A stretch of DNA of 64,000 nt from Candidatus Liminaster caballi (GTDB lineage: Bacteria > Bacteroidota > Bacteroidia > Bacteroidales > UBA3663), in assembly GCA_018065085.1 (NCBI GenBank), contig JAGHUA010000016.1, positions 34,952 to 98,951 of the forward strand, read 5' to 3'. The translations under genes were made by a program, and so were the position numbers. The notes below the pieces were generated by a model. The model was not told where the DNA came from and ran no database searches. It saw only the letters and a list, made by a program, of their open reading frames with translations. The stretch's first letter is position 1, and each line of letters opens with the position of its first letter. Shown here in pieces: positions 26,890-36,571 of the stretch.

Positions 26890-28140
26890 TCAGAGTTCGA
26901 GGTCGCCGTCGAACACCTCGTGCCAAGGCAGACCCTGCTTGTTGAGCTCGGCCATGAATGGATCTGGGTCGAACTCCTCGACATTGTGAACGCCTGGCTT
27001 GTTCCACTTGCCTGTGAGGAACATCATGGCACCGATCATGGCTGGAACGCCAGTGGTGTAGCTTACGCCCTGCATGCCTGTCTCAAGGTATGCGGCGTGG
27101 TGCGAACAGTTGTTATAGACGTAGTAGGTCTTCTCCTTGCCGTCCTTCAAGCCACGGATGCGGCAGCCGATAGAAGTCTCGCCCTCGTAGTTCTCGCCGA
27201 GTTCCTTAGGATTAGGCAATACGGCCTTGAGGAACTGCAGAGGTACGATCTTGACCTTCTCAACGCCGGAACCGTCAGCCTTTGGAGCCTCATATTCAAC
27301 TTCGTCGATGCGAGCCATGCCGATGTTCTGGATCACGTCGAGATAGTTGAGATACTGCTGGCCGAAGGTCATCCAGAAACGTGCGCGCTTGATGGTTGGG
27401 TAGTTGATGACAAGGCTCTCGATCTCCTCGTGGTGAAGCAGGTAAGACTCCTTAGGACCGATGTTCGGGTAGGTGAGAGGTTTGTGGATCTCCATTGGCT
27501 CTGTCTCGATGTACTTGCCGTTCTCATAGTACTGGCCCTTCTGGGTGATCTCGCGGATGTTGATCTCTGGGTTGAAGTTGGTGGCAAATGCCTTGTGATG
27601 GTTGCCTGCATTGCAATCGACGATATCGAGATACTGAATCTCGTCGAAATGGTGCTTGGCGGCGTATGCGGTGAATACGGATGTCACACCTGGGTCGAAG
27701 CCGCAGCCGAGGATGGCGCAGAGACCTGCCTTCTCGAAGCGCTCGCGATATGCCCACTGCCATGAGTACTCGAAGTGTGCTACGTCCTTTGGCTCGTAGT
27801 TGGCGGTGTCCATGTAGTTGACGTGTGCCTCAAGACATGCGTCCATGATGGTGAGGTCCTGATAAGGCAATGCAAGGTTGATGCAGAGCTCAGGCTTGAA
27901 CTCGTTCATGAGCTTGACCAATGCCTGTACGTCATCGGCATCGACGCTTGCTGTTGTGATGTTGGCACTGATGCCATTCTTGGTGTAGAGGCGCTTGCGG
28001 ATTGCCTCGGCGGTTGCGTCGCACTTTGCCTTGGTGCGCGATGCGATGCAGATGTCTGTGAAGATGTCGGCATTCTGTGCCAACTTGTGTGCTGCTACGG
28101 TGCCTACGCCGCCACAGCCGATAAGTAATACTCGTGCCAT
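26890..28140 (-). CDS. saccharopine dehydrogenase family protein, carboxynorspermidine dehydrogenase-like
   Basis: The Rossmann N-terminus is MARVLLIGCGGVGTVAAHKL and the length is about 416 aa. The start was moved to the ATG at 28140, because the listed 31-aa extension is translated from the inverted-repeat element. Confidence 0.75.
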   Translation of the reverse strand: MARVLLIGCGGVGTVAAHKLAQNADIFTDICIASRTKAKCDATAEAIRKRLYTKNGISANITTASVDADDVQALVKLMNEFKPELCINLALPYQDLTIMDACLEAHVNYMDTANYEPKDVAHFEYSWQWAYRERFEKAGLCAILGCGFDPGVTSVFTAYAAKHHFDEIQYLDIVDCNAGNHHKAFATNFNPEINIREITQKGQYYENGKYIETEPMEIHKPLTYPNIGPKESYLLHHEEIESLVINYPTIKRARFWMTFGQQYLNYLDVIQNIGMARIDEVEYEAPKADGSGVEKVKIVPLQFLKAVLPNPKELGENYEGETSIGCRIRGLKDGKEKTYYVYNNCSHHAAYLETGMQGVSYTTGVPAMIGAMMFLTGKWNKPGVHNVEEFDPDPFMAELNKQGLPWHEVFDGDLEL

Positions 28141-28143
28141 TTT

Positions 28144-28394
28144 AGACCCTCCCCCCAGCCCCTCCACAAGGGAGGGGAGTATATACAAAAGGCTGGTCGT
28201 GTGCGTGGCGGCATGATAGGTTTTGTGCTGCATTTAGCAGGTCATTTGCCTAATTGATCCGCTGCATTTCGAAGCCTGAATATACGTCCTAAGGTTGTAG
28301 GAGGTATTTTTATAAGTTAATATTTATTGATCAAGTTGATATATAACAATATTTTAATATGTATATATTTGTGGAGGGGCTGGGGGGAGGGTCT
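28144..28394. mobile_element. 251-bp element bounded by perfect 26-bp inverted repeats (MITE-like, or an invertible segment)
   Basis: agaccctccccccagcccctccacaa at 28144-28169 is the exact reverse complement of ttgtggaggggctggggggagggtct at 28369-28394. The AT-rich 199-bp interior has no ORF. Confidence 0.35.
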
Positions 28395-30293
28395 TTACTC
28401 CCTCTCCAAATACGTATATCCGTACAATCCGTTTCTGTAATTGGTAAGGAATTCTTTTCCCTCTTCGAGCGTGATAGTGCCCTTCTTGACGGCCTTGGTG
28501 ACCCATGCTTCGAGGGTGCGAACCATCTTCTTGGTGTCGTATTCCACCCATCGCAGGACATCCTGAACGGTTTCGCCATCGATGGTCTGGTCGATGCTGT
28601 AGCCCTGCTTATCGACAGAGATATGTACGGCATTGACATCGCCAAAGAGATTGTGGAGGTCGCCGAGAATCTCCTGATATGCGCCGATGAGGAACACGCC
28701 GAGATAGTATTTGTCGTCCTTCTTGAGCGAGTGGATCGGCATGGCATTGACAATCTGACCGTCGGCAATATAGCTGACCACCTTGCCGTCGGAGTCGCAG
28801 GTCATGTCCTGGAGTGTGGCATTGCGGTCGGGACGTTCGTCGAGGCGCTGGATTGGCATGATAGGGAAGATCTGATCGATGGACCACATGTCAGGGAGCG
28901 ACTGGAAGAGCGAGAAATTGCAGTAATACTTGTCGGCCAGCAGTTTGCCAATCTTATGCAACTCCTCAGGCACGCGCTTCATGCCCTTGACCAGAGCGTT
29001 GATCTCGCGGGTGACACTCCAATAGAGTTTCTCGATCTGGGCGCGTGTGCGGAGGTCGATCATGCCGTGGCTGAAAAGCTGCAGCACCTCGTCGCGAATC
29101 TGCTGGGCATCGTGCCAAGACTCAAGAGCAGAGCGCTGGGTAAGGTTATCCCAGATTTCATACAGTTCCTTAACAAGTTCGTGATCGTCAGGACCTACAA
29201 CCCATTCCTCAGGCATCTCAGGGAGTGTGGCAGTCTCAAGCACCTCCATGACGAGCACAGAGTGATGTGCCGAGAGCGAACGGCCTGATTCGGTGATGAC
29301 GTTAGGATGCGGCAGATCGTTCTTGTCGGCTGCCTCCATGAGCTGATAGAGGATGTCGTTGACATACTCCTGGATAGAGTAGTTGACGCTCGATTCGCTC
29401 GTGGCTGAACGTGTGCCGTCATAGTCAACGCCAAGTCCGCCGCCGGCATCGACAAACTGGACAGGGAATCCCATCTTATGGAGCTGGACATAGAACTGCG
29501 AAGCCTCACGGATGGCAGTCTTGACGTGTCGGATATTGGTGACCTGGCTGCCGATATGGAAGTGGATGAGCTTGAGACAATCCTGCAGGTCGTGGTTCTC
29601 AAGATATTCGAGGGCTTCGAGCAGTTCGGACGAGGTAAGACCGAACTTTGAGGCATCGCCGCCTGACTGTTCCCACTTGCCGCTGCCGCTCGACGCCAGC
29701 TTGATGCGGATGCCGATGTTCGGCTTGACATTCAGACGCTTGGCAATCTTCGAGATGATCTCCAGTTCGTTGAGTTTCTCGGCAACGATATAGATGCGCT
29801 TGCCCATCTTCTGGGCGAGGAGAGCCAGCTCGATGTAGGAATCGTCCTTATAACCGTTACAGATGATGATGCTGTCGTAATCGGTGCATACGGCAATCAC
29901 GGCATGGAGTTCTGGCTTTGAACCAGCCTCAAGACCGAGGTTGAACTTACGGCCGTGGCTGACCATCTCCTCAACGACAGGCTGCATCTGGTTGACCTTG
30001 ATAGGATAGACCGTATAGCAATCGCCTTTGAAGTCATATTCCTCGGCAGCCTTCTTGAAACACTGTGACATACGTTCAATGCGGTTGTCGAGGATGTCTG
30101 GAAAACGCAAAAGGACCGGCGCTGAGATGTCTCTCAATGCCAGTTCGTCCATTACATCACGCAGGTCAACTGCAACTCCGTCTTTCTTAGGTGTCACCAC
30201 TACGTGACCCTTCTCGTTGATGTCAAAATAAGAGACACCCCATCCATGAATATTGTAAAGCTCCGCAGAGTCTTCAATATGCCACTTCTTCAT
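28395..30293 (-). CDS. speA: biosynthetic arginine decarboxylase
   Basis: The length is 632 aa. The N-terminus MKKWHIEDSAELYNIHGWG..YF.IN..G and the PLP-fold motifs (YPIKVN; GGGLGVDYDG) are typical of SpeA. Confidence 0.9.
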   Translation of the reverse strand: MKKWHIEDSAELYNIHGWGVSYFDINEKGHVVVTPKKDGVAVDLRDVMDELALRDISAPVLLRFPDILDNRIERMSQCFKKAAEEYDFKGDCYTVYPIKVNQMQPVVEEMVSHGRKFNLGLEAGSKPELHAVIAVCTDYDSIIICNGYKDDSYIELALLAQKMGKRIYIVAEKLNELEIISKIAKRLNVKPNIGIRIKLASSGSGKWEQSGGDASKFGLTSSELLEALEYLENHDLQDCLKLIHFHIGSQVTNIRHVKTAIREASQFYVQLHKMGFPVQFVDAGGGLGVDYDGTRSATSESSVNYSIQEYVNDILYQLMEAADKNDLPHPNVITESGRSLSAHHSVLVMEVLETATLPEMPEEWVVGPDDHELVKELYEIWDNLTQRSALESWHDAQQIRDEVLQLFSHGMIDLRTRAQIEKLYWSVTREINALVKGMKRVPEELHKIGKLLADKYYCNFSLFQSLPDMWSIDQIFPIMPIQRLDERPDRNATLQDMTCDSDGKVVSYIADGQIVNAMPIHSLKKDDKYYLGVFLIGAYQEILGDLHNLFGDVNAVHISVDKQGYSIDQTIDGETVQDVLRWVEYDTKKMVRTLEAWVTKAVKKGTITLEEGKEFLTNYRNGLYGYTYLERE

Positions 30294-30524
30294 CTTTGTG
30301 ATTTACAATTTTACAATTTAATACCCGACAATTAACCCTGCAACCCTTAGCAGGGACAATGCAAATTAGATGAAATCAATTTTGCGGGTGCAAAAATACG
30401 CTTAATTATCGGACATTCCAAATTTTTGTGCTATAAATGTTGCAAAATGTGCGTTGAAATCATTTTTTGACAACATATATAACATTTTTTACGTTTTTTT
30501 TGACTGTTATATATATATAATATG

Positions 30525-30532
30525 TATTTTTG
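30525..30532 (+). promoter_or_regulatory. -7 box TATTTTTG
   Basis: It matches TAnnTTTG and lies 51 nt upstream of the ATG at 30583. Confidence 0.4.
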
Positions 30533-30582
30533 CGTGAAAAAATATTTAAAAATCGAAATTGAATAAACTCTTTTTTTAAGAT

Positions 30583-32562
30583 ATGAAAATCAAACTATCC
30601 GGCTCAGACCTTGTCCATAAGCTGACTTCGTGGTATTTCACACGAGGAGCGCTTCCTTACTGGTGCGTACTGCTTATGGACTGTTCGATCATCGTTTTTG
30701 CTGAGCTCGTTGCCTACTATCTCTCATTTGGCGGCAGCAGCACTGCCAGCCACTTCTGGTCAGTTTTAGGAACTACAATCTGCACCGTCCCGGCATTCCT
30801 GGTCGGCATGAGGCTGTTCAACACGTATTCGGGCATCTTCCGATACTCATCGTTCGTCGATCTGCTGCGTGTCACATGTGCACTGCTCGTCGGTGTGGCT
30901 GTGCTCGCTGCTGCACGCTTTGTACTGTATATCTGTCACGTTGATTTCTTTGTCGATCAGAGTCTCTTGACGGACGTCACCGCCCTGTTCTTTGCCATGA
31001 TGGGCATGTGGTCGGTGCGTATCCTTGTCAAGTATCTGTTTGACACCTGCTATAAGGACAAGTCGGCTCCGCATGTATTCATCTACGGTGTGCGCTACGG
31101 TGGCATCTCGCTGGCCAAGAGCATACGCAACGAACATCCGCTGCCTTATCTCGTCAAGGGCTTTGTGAGTGATGATCCTTCGCTCACAGGCCGATTCCTG
31201 CTCGGTACACGCGTCTATATGAACGACGAGACCCTCATTGAGCATATCAAGAAAAACAACATCAAGCTGCTGTTCGTCAGCCCGCTCCATAGTGAGGACT
31301 TCCGCAGCAATGATGCTATGCAGAAGATGCTTATCTCGGCCGGCGTGAAGATCATGATGGTGCCTTCGGCTCAGAAATGGGACGAGAAGCAGGGCTTGCG
31401 CCACGAACAGCTGCATGAGGTCGATATCGAGGATCTCCTGCCACGCGACAAGATTGAGGTGGATCTGGATGCCATCGGTGCATTGCTCAAGGGTAAGCGC
31501 ATCCTTATCACAGGTGCTGCCGGTTCGATCGGTTCGGAGATGGTGCGTCAGGTGGCAAAGTTCGAGCCTGAGAAACTCGTCCTGGTCGATCAGGCAGAGA
31601 CTCCGATGCACGATGTGCGCCTCTACATGCAGCGCAATCATCCCGATATCAATGCCTACACCATCGTGGGCAGCATCAGCAATCAGACCCACATGGAACA
31701 GATCTTCAGCGAGCATCGTCCGGACTATGTCTTCCATGCCGCTGCCTATAAGCATGTGCCAATGATGGAGGATAATCCTGCCATGGCTATCCAGAACAAT
31801 ACTTACGGCACGCGCGTCATTGCCGACCTCGCCGTTAAGTACGGCACAAAGAAGTTCGTAATGATCTCGACCGACAAGGCTGTCAACCCAACCAACGTCA
31901 TGGGCTGCTCTAAGCGTATCTGCGAGATCTACTGCCAGTCGCTCAACGCATCGATCGTGGCACAGAGTGCTGAGGGTGCTGAGGTTAAGCATGTCCAGTC
32001 TGACGGCACGCCTGCAGTCACTCAGTTCATCACCACACGCTTCGGCAATGTACTCGGCAGCAACGGTTCGGTTATTCCAATCTTCAAGGAACAGATCAAG
32101 AAGGGCGGACCTGTCACCGTCACTCACCCGGACATCATCCGTTTCTTCATGCTTATCCCTGAGGCTTGCCGTCTGGTGCTCGAAGCCGGTACGATGGGCA
32201 AGGGTGGCGAGATCTTTGTGTTCGATATGGGCAAACCGGTTCGTATCGCCGACCTGGCTCAGCGTATGATTGACCTCAGTGGTGCAAAGAACGTACAGAT
32301 CCAGTATTCCGGCCTGCGCGACGGCGAGAAACTCTATGAGGAGGTGCTCAATGACAAGGAGATAACCCTGCCTACGCCTCATCCTAAGATCAAGGTTGCC
32401 AAGGTGCGTGAATATCAATACGACGAGGCCTTGCGCGATGAGGAGGAACTCTATCGTCTTTCATTCACATACGACGATATGGCGATTGTCGGGAAGATGA
32501 AGCAGATCGTGCCTGAATATCGTTCGCAGCACTCTAAGTACGAGGTTTTGGACAAGAAATGA
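30583..32562 (+). CDS. polysaccharide biosynthesis protein, CapD/WbpM-like membrane-bound NDP-sugar 4,6-dehydratase/epimerase
   Basis: N-terminal TM helices are followed by the Rossmann motif ITGAAGSIGSE and YKHVPMME...MISTDKAVNPTNVMG.SKR. Confidence 0.8.
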   Translation: MKIKLSGSDLVHKLTSWYFTRGALPYWCVLLMDCSIIVFAELVAYYLSFGGSSTASHFWSVLGTTICTVPAFLVGMRLFNTYSGIFRYSSFVDLLRVTCALLVGVAVLAAARFVLYICHVDFFVDQSLLTDVTALFFAMMGMWSVRILVKYLFDTCYKDKSAPHVFIYGVRYGGISLAKSIRNEHPLPYLVKGFVSDDPSLTGRFLLGTRVYMNDETLIEHIKKNNIKLLFVSPLHSEDFRSNDAMQKMLISAGVKIMMVPSAQKWDEKQGLRHEQLHEVDIEDLLPRDKIEVDLDAIGALLKGKRILITGAAGSIGSEMVRQVAKFEPEKLVLVDQAETPMHDVRLYMQRNHPDINAYTIVGSISNQTHMEQIFSEHRPDYVFHAAAYKHVPMMEDNPAMAIQNNTYGTRVIADLAVKYGTKKFVMISTDKAVNPTNVMGCSKRICEIYCQSLNASIVAQSAEGAEVKHVQSDGTPAVTQFITTRFGNVLGSNGSVIPIFKEQIKKGGPVTVTHPDIIRFFMLIPEACRLVLEAGTMGKGGEIFVFDMGKPVRIADLAQRMIDLSGAKNVQIQYSGLRDGEKLYEEVLNDKEITLPTPHPKIKVAKVREYQYDEALRDEEELYRLSFTYDDMAIVGKMKQIVPEYRSQHSKYEVLDKK

Positions 32563-33725
32563 CAAGAAAACTGTTTACTCTACTCGGTGTTATTTGCATT
32601 TGCCTGGTGGCTAACTCTGTCACTATTAGTGCTGCAACCCTGCACGGACAACTGATGCTCAATGACACATTGCCGGCACAGTATGCCACTGTGTTTGTGC
32701 GTTCGCTTGGCTTTGGTGCAATCTCAGACGCATCGGGCAACTACACGCTTGAAGGACTGCCGATGGGTAACTTTCAGGTGGAATATTCTCACATCGGCTA
32801 TAAGCCCCAGCTGATTGATGTGAACATTGCAGAGGAATCAGCCACACTTGATGTTGCGTTCACCGAACAGCCGGTCATCCTATCAGACGTCTATATCACA
32901 CCTAACGGAGAGGATCCTGCCATATATATATTGAAGAATATAGCACGTGTGGCTGAGTCCAACAGTAAGAGTCTGGAATATAGTGCCGACGTACGGCAGT
33001 CTTTCTACGCTCAGGACCTCGACATCATTCCGGCTCTTCTGCCCAAGGCAATGCTTTGGATTGTGCGCATGGCAATGAAAACCGCAGGCTTTGCCGCTAC
33101 GTTCGACTATTGTACGGAGAATGAGACCGTAAGCCTTGAAGTCGCTTCTACACATCATCGTAAAGGAAAAAAGAGCAAGTATAGCGACCAGAGAATACTG
33201 AAGAGTAATCCGGCACCATCGGATAAAGTGCGCAAGCAGTTGCTGGAAGCCGCCGACTATGATCTGTTTGATGATATATACGAACCGTTTATCAAGGATG
33301 CAAAGAAAGGCTTCGCAAATACTCAATATGTGCTTAAGGGTGTCATTGAGGAGAACGGAAAGACCGTGGATGTGCTCGAACGATCGACCGATGCCATGTC
33401 TTTTACATTCACCGAGCGTCTGTATGTCGTTGAGGACGATTGGGGAATCCTACGCCATGAACTTAAATCAAACAGCAACTTCATGCGTATAGAATGCCGC
33501 GATATGGGTAATGGTGTGTATCTGCCTATCAGCAAAGTGAACGAACCGAAGCCTATGGACTTCAAGACAATGATCGAGCAGATTAAGAAAGAAGATGCCG
33601 ATGCCGCCGATGATTTTGATAAAGATTCAAAGATGGCAAAAAGAATAAATGCCATCATAAACGGTTCGCGAGAGTTTCGTCCGTTCATGATGACAGGATT
33701 TAATATCAGATATTCAGTGGAGTGA
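32559..33725 (+). CDS. exported protein with an N-terminal carboxypeptidase-regulatory-like (CarboxypepD_reg) domain
   Basis: A signal peptide is followed by SGNYTLEGLPMGNFQVEYSHIGYKPQLIDVNI. The ATGA start overlaps the stop of the CapD-like gene. Confidence 0.6.
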   Translation: MTRKLFTLLGVICICLVANSVTISAATLHGQLMLNDTLPAQYATVFVRSLGFGAISDASGNYTLEGLPMGNFQVEYSHIGYKPQLIDVNIAEESATLDVAFTEQPVILSDVYITPNGEDPAIYILKNIARVAESNSKSLEYSADVRQSFYAQDLDIIPALLPKAMLWIVRMAMKTAGFAATFDYCTENETVSLEVASTHHRKGKKSKYSDQRILKSNPAPSDKVRKQLLEAADYDLFDDIYEPFIKDAKKGFANTQYVLKGVIEENGKTVDVLERSTDAMSFTFTERLYVVEDDWGILRHELKSNSNFMRIECRDMGNGVYLPISKVNEPKPMDFKTMIEQIKKEDADAADDFDKDSKMAKRINAIINGSREFRPFMMTGFNIRYSVE

Positions 33726-33750
33726 TAGCACTCCGGGCAATTTGTTCAAG

Positions 33751-33836
33751 AATTGGCCTAATAAGTCCAATTGGCCTAATAAGTCCAATTAGCCTAATAA
33801 GCCCAATTAGCCTAATAAGCCCAATTGACCCAATTT
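33751..33836. repeat. 18-bp tandem repeat aattRgcctaataagYcc x about 4.7
   Basis: Read directly, in the spacer between convergent genes. Confidence 0.9.
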
Positions 33837-33845
33837 TTAGAATAA

Positions 33846-34157
33846 TCAGCCTTTGAGGACTTTCATTGTTGTTGAGAAAGAGAGAACCTTGGTGCCGAAC
33901 TCCTGAGACAGTTTGGCAATGAGTGCGTTGCCTGTTTCCAGACGCCATTTCTTGAGTTCAAGGACATCGCCGGGACATTCGGCCATGACTGCGTAGCCAT
34001 ACAGACCTTCACCGACATCGCCCAACAGATGCACCAGACGCGGATTCTGCATGTGTCCGCCACGGGTTACGGCTGGGTAATATTCGTCCTTTACGAAACA
34101 AAGGAATTTCTGCAGTTCGCTTTCCTCAACATGGAATGTCGTATTGTAGATAAGCAT
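33846..34157 (-). CDS. DUF4286-like small protein
   Basis: The 103-aa product starts MLIYNTTFHVEE. The family name is from memory. Confidence 0.6.
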   Translation of the reverse strand: MLIYNTTFHVEESELQKFLCFVKDEYYPAVTRGGHMQNPRLVHLLGDVGEGLYGYAVMAECPGDVLELKKWRLETGNALIAKLSQEFGTKVLSFSTTMKVLKG

Positions 34158-34158
34158 T

Positions 34159-34226
34159 GTGAATGATTTACGATTTACAATCTATGAATGATTTACGATT
34201 CCGGTTTACGGTTGATTTGCAATTCA
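34159..34226. repeat. short 'word' repeats (gaatgatttacgatt x2, tttacRRt variants)
   Basis: Read directly. It fills the spacer between the tsaE stop and the DUF4286 start. Related words (gatttacaattttacaat) occur in the speA leader at 30303-30325. Confidence 0.7.
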
Positions 34227-34230
34227 GTAA

Positions 34231-34641
34231 TTAGAAATCAATTGTTCGTGAACCGTCCTCATTCACCTTGATGCAGACATTGACCACATCGCCTGGCAAA
34301 AGGTCTTCTACGTTTTCCGGCCATTCGATAAGACACAGAGCACCGGAGTACATATAGTCCTCAAATCCGAAATCAACAGCTTCTTCAATTTCCTTGATGC
34401 GATAGCAGTCGAAATGATAGATAAGTTCGGCTGTGGCAGAACGGTATTCATTGACGATGGCAAATGTCGGAGAGTTCACTTCGTCCTCAACGCCAAGCAC
34501 ATCACACACAGCTTTGATGAACGTTGTCTTGCCTGCACCCATCTCGCCACGAAAAGCGAAGACGGTGTTGTCGTCCATTGCCGCAATAAACTGACGTGCA
34601 GCCTCTGGTAAGGCCTCAAGATTTGGAATATTTATTGTCAT
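34231..34641 (-). CDS. tsaE: tRNA t6A37 biosynthesis ATPase TsaE
   Basis: The P-loop [10 protein letters not shown] is present, the length is 136 aa, and SPTF occurs downstream. Confidence 0.8.
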   Translation of the reverse strand: MTINIPNLEALPEAARQFIAAMDDNTVFAFRGEMGAGKTTFIKAVCDVLGVEDEVNSPTFAIVNEYRSATAELIYHFDCYRIKEIEEAVDFGFEDYMYSGALCLIEWPENVEDLLPGDVVNVCIKVNEDGSRTIDF

Positions 34642-34713
34642 ATATTATTTCTGACGTTAAATCGTTAGATCGAAAAAATTCAAAATTTCGATGATTCGAT
34701 TGTTCGATAAATA

Positions 34714-35394
34714 CTAATAGTTTCTTTCTCCAAAGATAGCGGTTCCCACACGCACCATGTTCGATCCTTCCTCGATGGCAACGGGATAATCCTCGCTCAT
34801 GCCGAAGGAAAGGACGGAGAACTGATCGCGAGTGATGCCATGTCTGGCAAGCGGACCATCAAGCAGACGATGATAGGTCGCCGTGATAATGCCAAACTCC
34901 TTTCGCCATTGCTCCTGGTCATCGACAAACGAAGCCATGCCCATCAAACCACGCATACGAACGTGAGGCCAACGTGCTGCAATGTCTGTGTTGTCGAGTA
35001 GGGCGAGGAGCTCATCGGGTAAGAAACCTGATTTGCTCTCCTCCTGTGCCACATGGAGCTGGAGCAGTACATCAATGGTTCGCGAACAACGTACAGCCTG
35101 TCGCTCAATCTCGTCGACCAGCCGGTCGGTATCGACACTGTGAATCAAACTGACGTACGGGGCAATGTATTTGACCTTATTGGTCTGGAGATGTCCGATA
35201 AAGTGCCATTCAATATCGGCAGGAAGCACTTCGACTTTCTGCCTGAGTTCCTGTTCGCGGCTCTCGCCAAAGACACGCTGACCGGCATCGTACGCCTCAC
35301 GGATCATCTCTGCCGGATGGTACTTTGACACTGCGACAAGCGTAACGCCCTCGGGCAATGTGGAACGGATCTTAAGAATGTTTTCGCGAACCAT
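34714..35394 (-). CDS. yggS: YggS family pyridoxal-phosphate homeostasis protein
   Basis: LVAVSKYHP contains the PLP lysine. HFIGHLQTNK and SMGMS-like FGMSEDY are also present. The length is 226 aa. Confidence 0.85.
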   Translation of the reverse strand: MVRENILKIRSTLPEGVTLVAVSKYHPAEMIREAYDAGQRVFGESREQELRQKVEVLPADIEWHFIGHLQTNKVKYIAPYVSLIHSVDTDRLVDEIERQAVRCSRTIDVLLQLHVAQEESKSGFLPDELLALLDNTDIAARWPHVRMRGLMGMASFVDDQEQWRKEFGIITATYHRLLDGPLARHGITRDQFSVLSFGMSEDYPVAIEEGSNMVRVGTAIFGERNY

Positions 35395-35408
35395 TGGTGT
35401 GTTGTGAT

Positions 35409-35867
35409 TTATTCCTGTGAAGGCTTTGTTTCCTTGACCTCAATGCCATAGACATCCATAAGCATGGTCTCAGAGACGGTATTGATCTCCCAGTCGCTCA
35501 TGGTGCCCTTCATACCCTCCTTCAGGTTGCTGATGGCAGTCTGGAAATCCTTTGCCTGGACGAGCATTGTGGCAGCAGACTTCTTCTCTGCACCGCTCTT
35601 TTCGTCGAGGGTGATGAACATCACCTTGGCGCGATACCACTTGTCGCCATCCGGGTCAGTGAAGAGCTCAGAGATACGAGCCTTCTTTACGGCTGTCACC
35701 TCAAACTCGCCTGAGATATATGGCTTCATTTCCTCGATGATGCGGTTCTCTGCCTCTGTGAAGCTCATTGCATCGACGAGATATGCTTCTGTTACCTTCT
35801 TCTGTGTGCCATTTTCGAGTGTCTTCTCAAACTTAATCTTGCACTCGTACCAATTATTCATTACCAT
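35409..35867 (-). CDS. DUF4494-like protein
   Basis: The 152-aa product contains WYECKIKFEKTLENG. The family name is from memory. Confidence 0.55.
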   Translation of the reverse strand: MVMNNWYECKIKFEKTLENGTQKKVTEAYLVDAMSFTEAENRIIEEMKPYISGEFEVTAVKKARISELFTDPDGDKWYRAKVMFITLDEKSGAEKKSAATMLVQAKDFQTAISNLKEGMKGTMSDWEINTVSETMLMDVYGIEVKETKPSQE

Positions 35868-35890
35868 AACTAATTATAAAAATTTGCTTG

Positions 35891-36505
35891 TTATTGTTGA
35901 TTGTTCTTTTTGTTTTCTGCCATCTGGGTGTTGATCTGGCTGATATATTCGAGTATTTCTTCTCTTCCTGTGCCTTTGGCTGCACTTGTGGCAAATATTG
36001 GTGGCAGTTCTTCCCAATCCTGTTCCAGACGGGCCTTATATGCCTTGAAATTGTTCTGCCACTCACGATTGGAAATCTTATCGAGCTTTGTGAATATGAT
36101 TGCGAACGGCACGCCATTCTCGCCGAGCATCTGCATGAAGTCGAGGTCGATTTGCTGAGGGGCATGACGGCTGTCGATAAGAAGCATCAGGCATGTGAGC
36201 TGCGGACGGTTGAGGATATAGCCGTTGATGAGACGCTGCAGTTTCTCAAGTCCGGTCTTGCCGATACGGGCATATCCGTAGCCTGGGAGATCGACGATAT
36301 ACCAGCTGTCATCGATCATGAAATGGTTGATGAGAAGAGTCTTGCCTGGTTTTGCCGATGTCTTGGCCAGTCCGTTGTGCTGGGTCAGCATATTGATCAA
36401 CGAACTTTTGCCTACATTCGATCGTCCGATGAAGGCATATTCCGGCAACTGAGTGTCAGGACACTTCCGCCAATCTGTATTGCTTATTACGTATTCTGAT
36501 TTCAT
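35891..36505 (-). CDS. engB: ribosome biogenesis GTP-binding protein YihA/YsxC
   Basis: The GTPase motifs are G1 [18 protein letters not shown] and TKLDK. Confidence 0.85.
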   Translation of the reverse strand: MKSEYVISNTDWRKCPDTQLPEYAFIGRSNVGKSSLINMLTQHNGLAKTSAKPGKTLLINHFMIDDSWYIVDLPGYGYARIGKTGLEKLQRLINGYILNRPQLTCLMLLIDSRHAPQQIDLDFMQMLGENGVPFAIIFTKLDKISNREWQNNFKAYKARLEQDWEELPPIFATSAAKGTGREEILEYISQINTQMAENKKNNQQ

Positions 36506-36571
36506 TGTTTGATAGTCTCTCGTTAATTCTTGGTTCTACGATGTCTATGGCATCGGGACTCACTGAGTTGT

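Noticed and set aside
28144-28394. I considered whether a promoter inside the inverted-repeat element proves it is an invertible switch.
   Set aside because: Only an imperfect box (taggttttg, with one extra spacer nucleotide) was found, and none in the orientation that would currently drive the downstream gene. The inverton idea is therefore kept only as one hypothesis in the findings.
30847-32418. I considered whether the long antisense ORFs opposite well-supported genes are real. Examples are 30847-32418 (523 aa, opposite the capD-like gene), 13025-14131 (opposite uvrA), 49985-50887 (opposite pepT), 26920-27765 and 28359-29288 (opposite the polyamine genes), 14743-15495, 11897-12526 and 2192-2923.
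   Set aside because: These are shadow ORFs typical of codon-biased genes. The sense-strand products carry unmistakable family motifs, and the antisense translations are low-complexity with no motifs.
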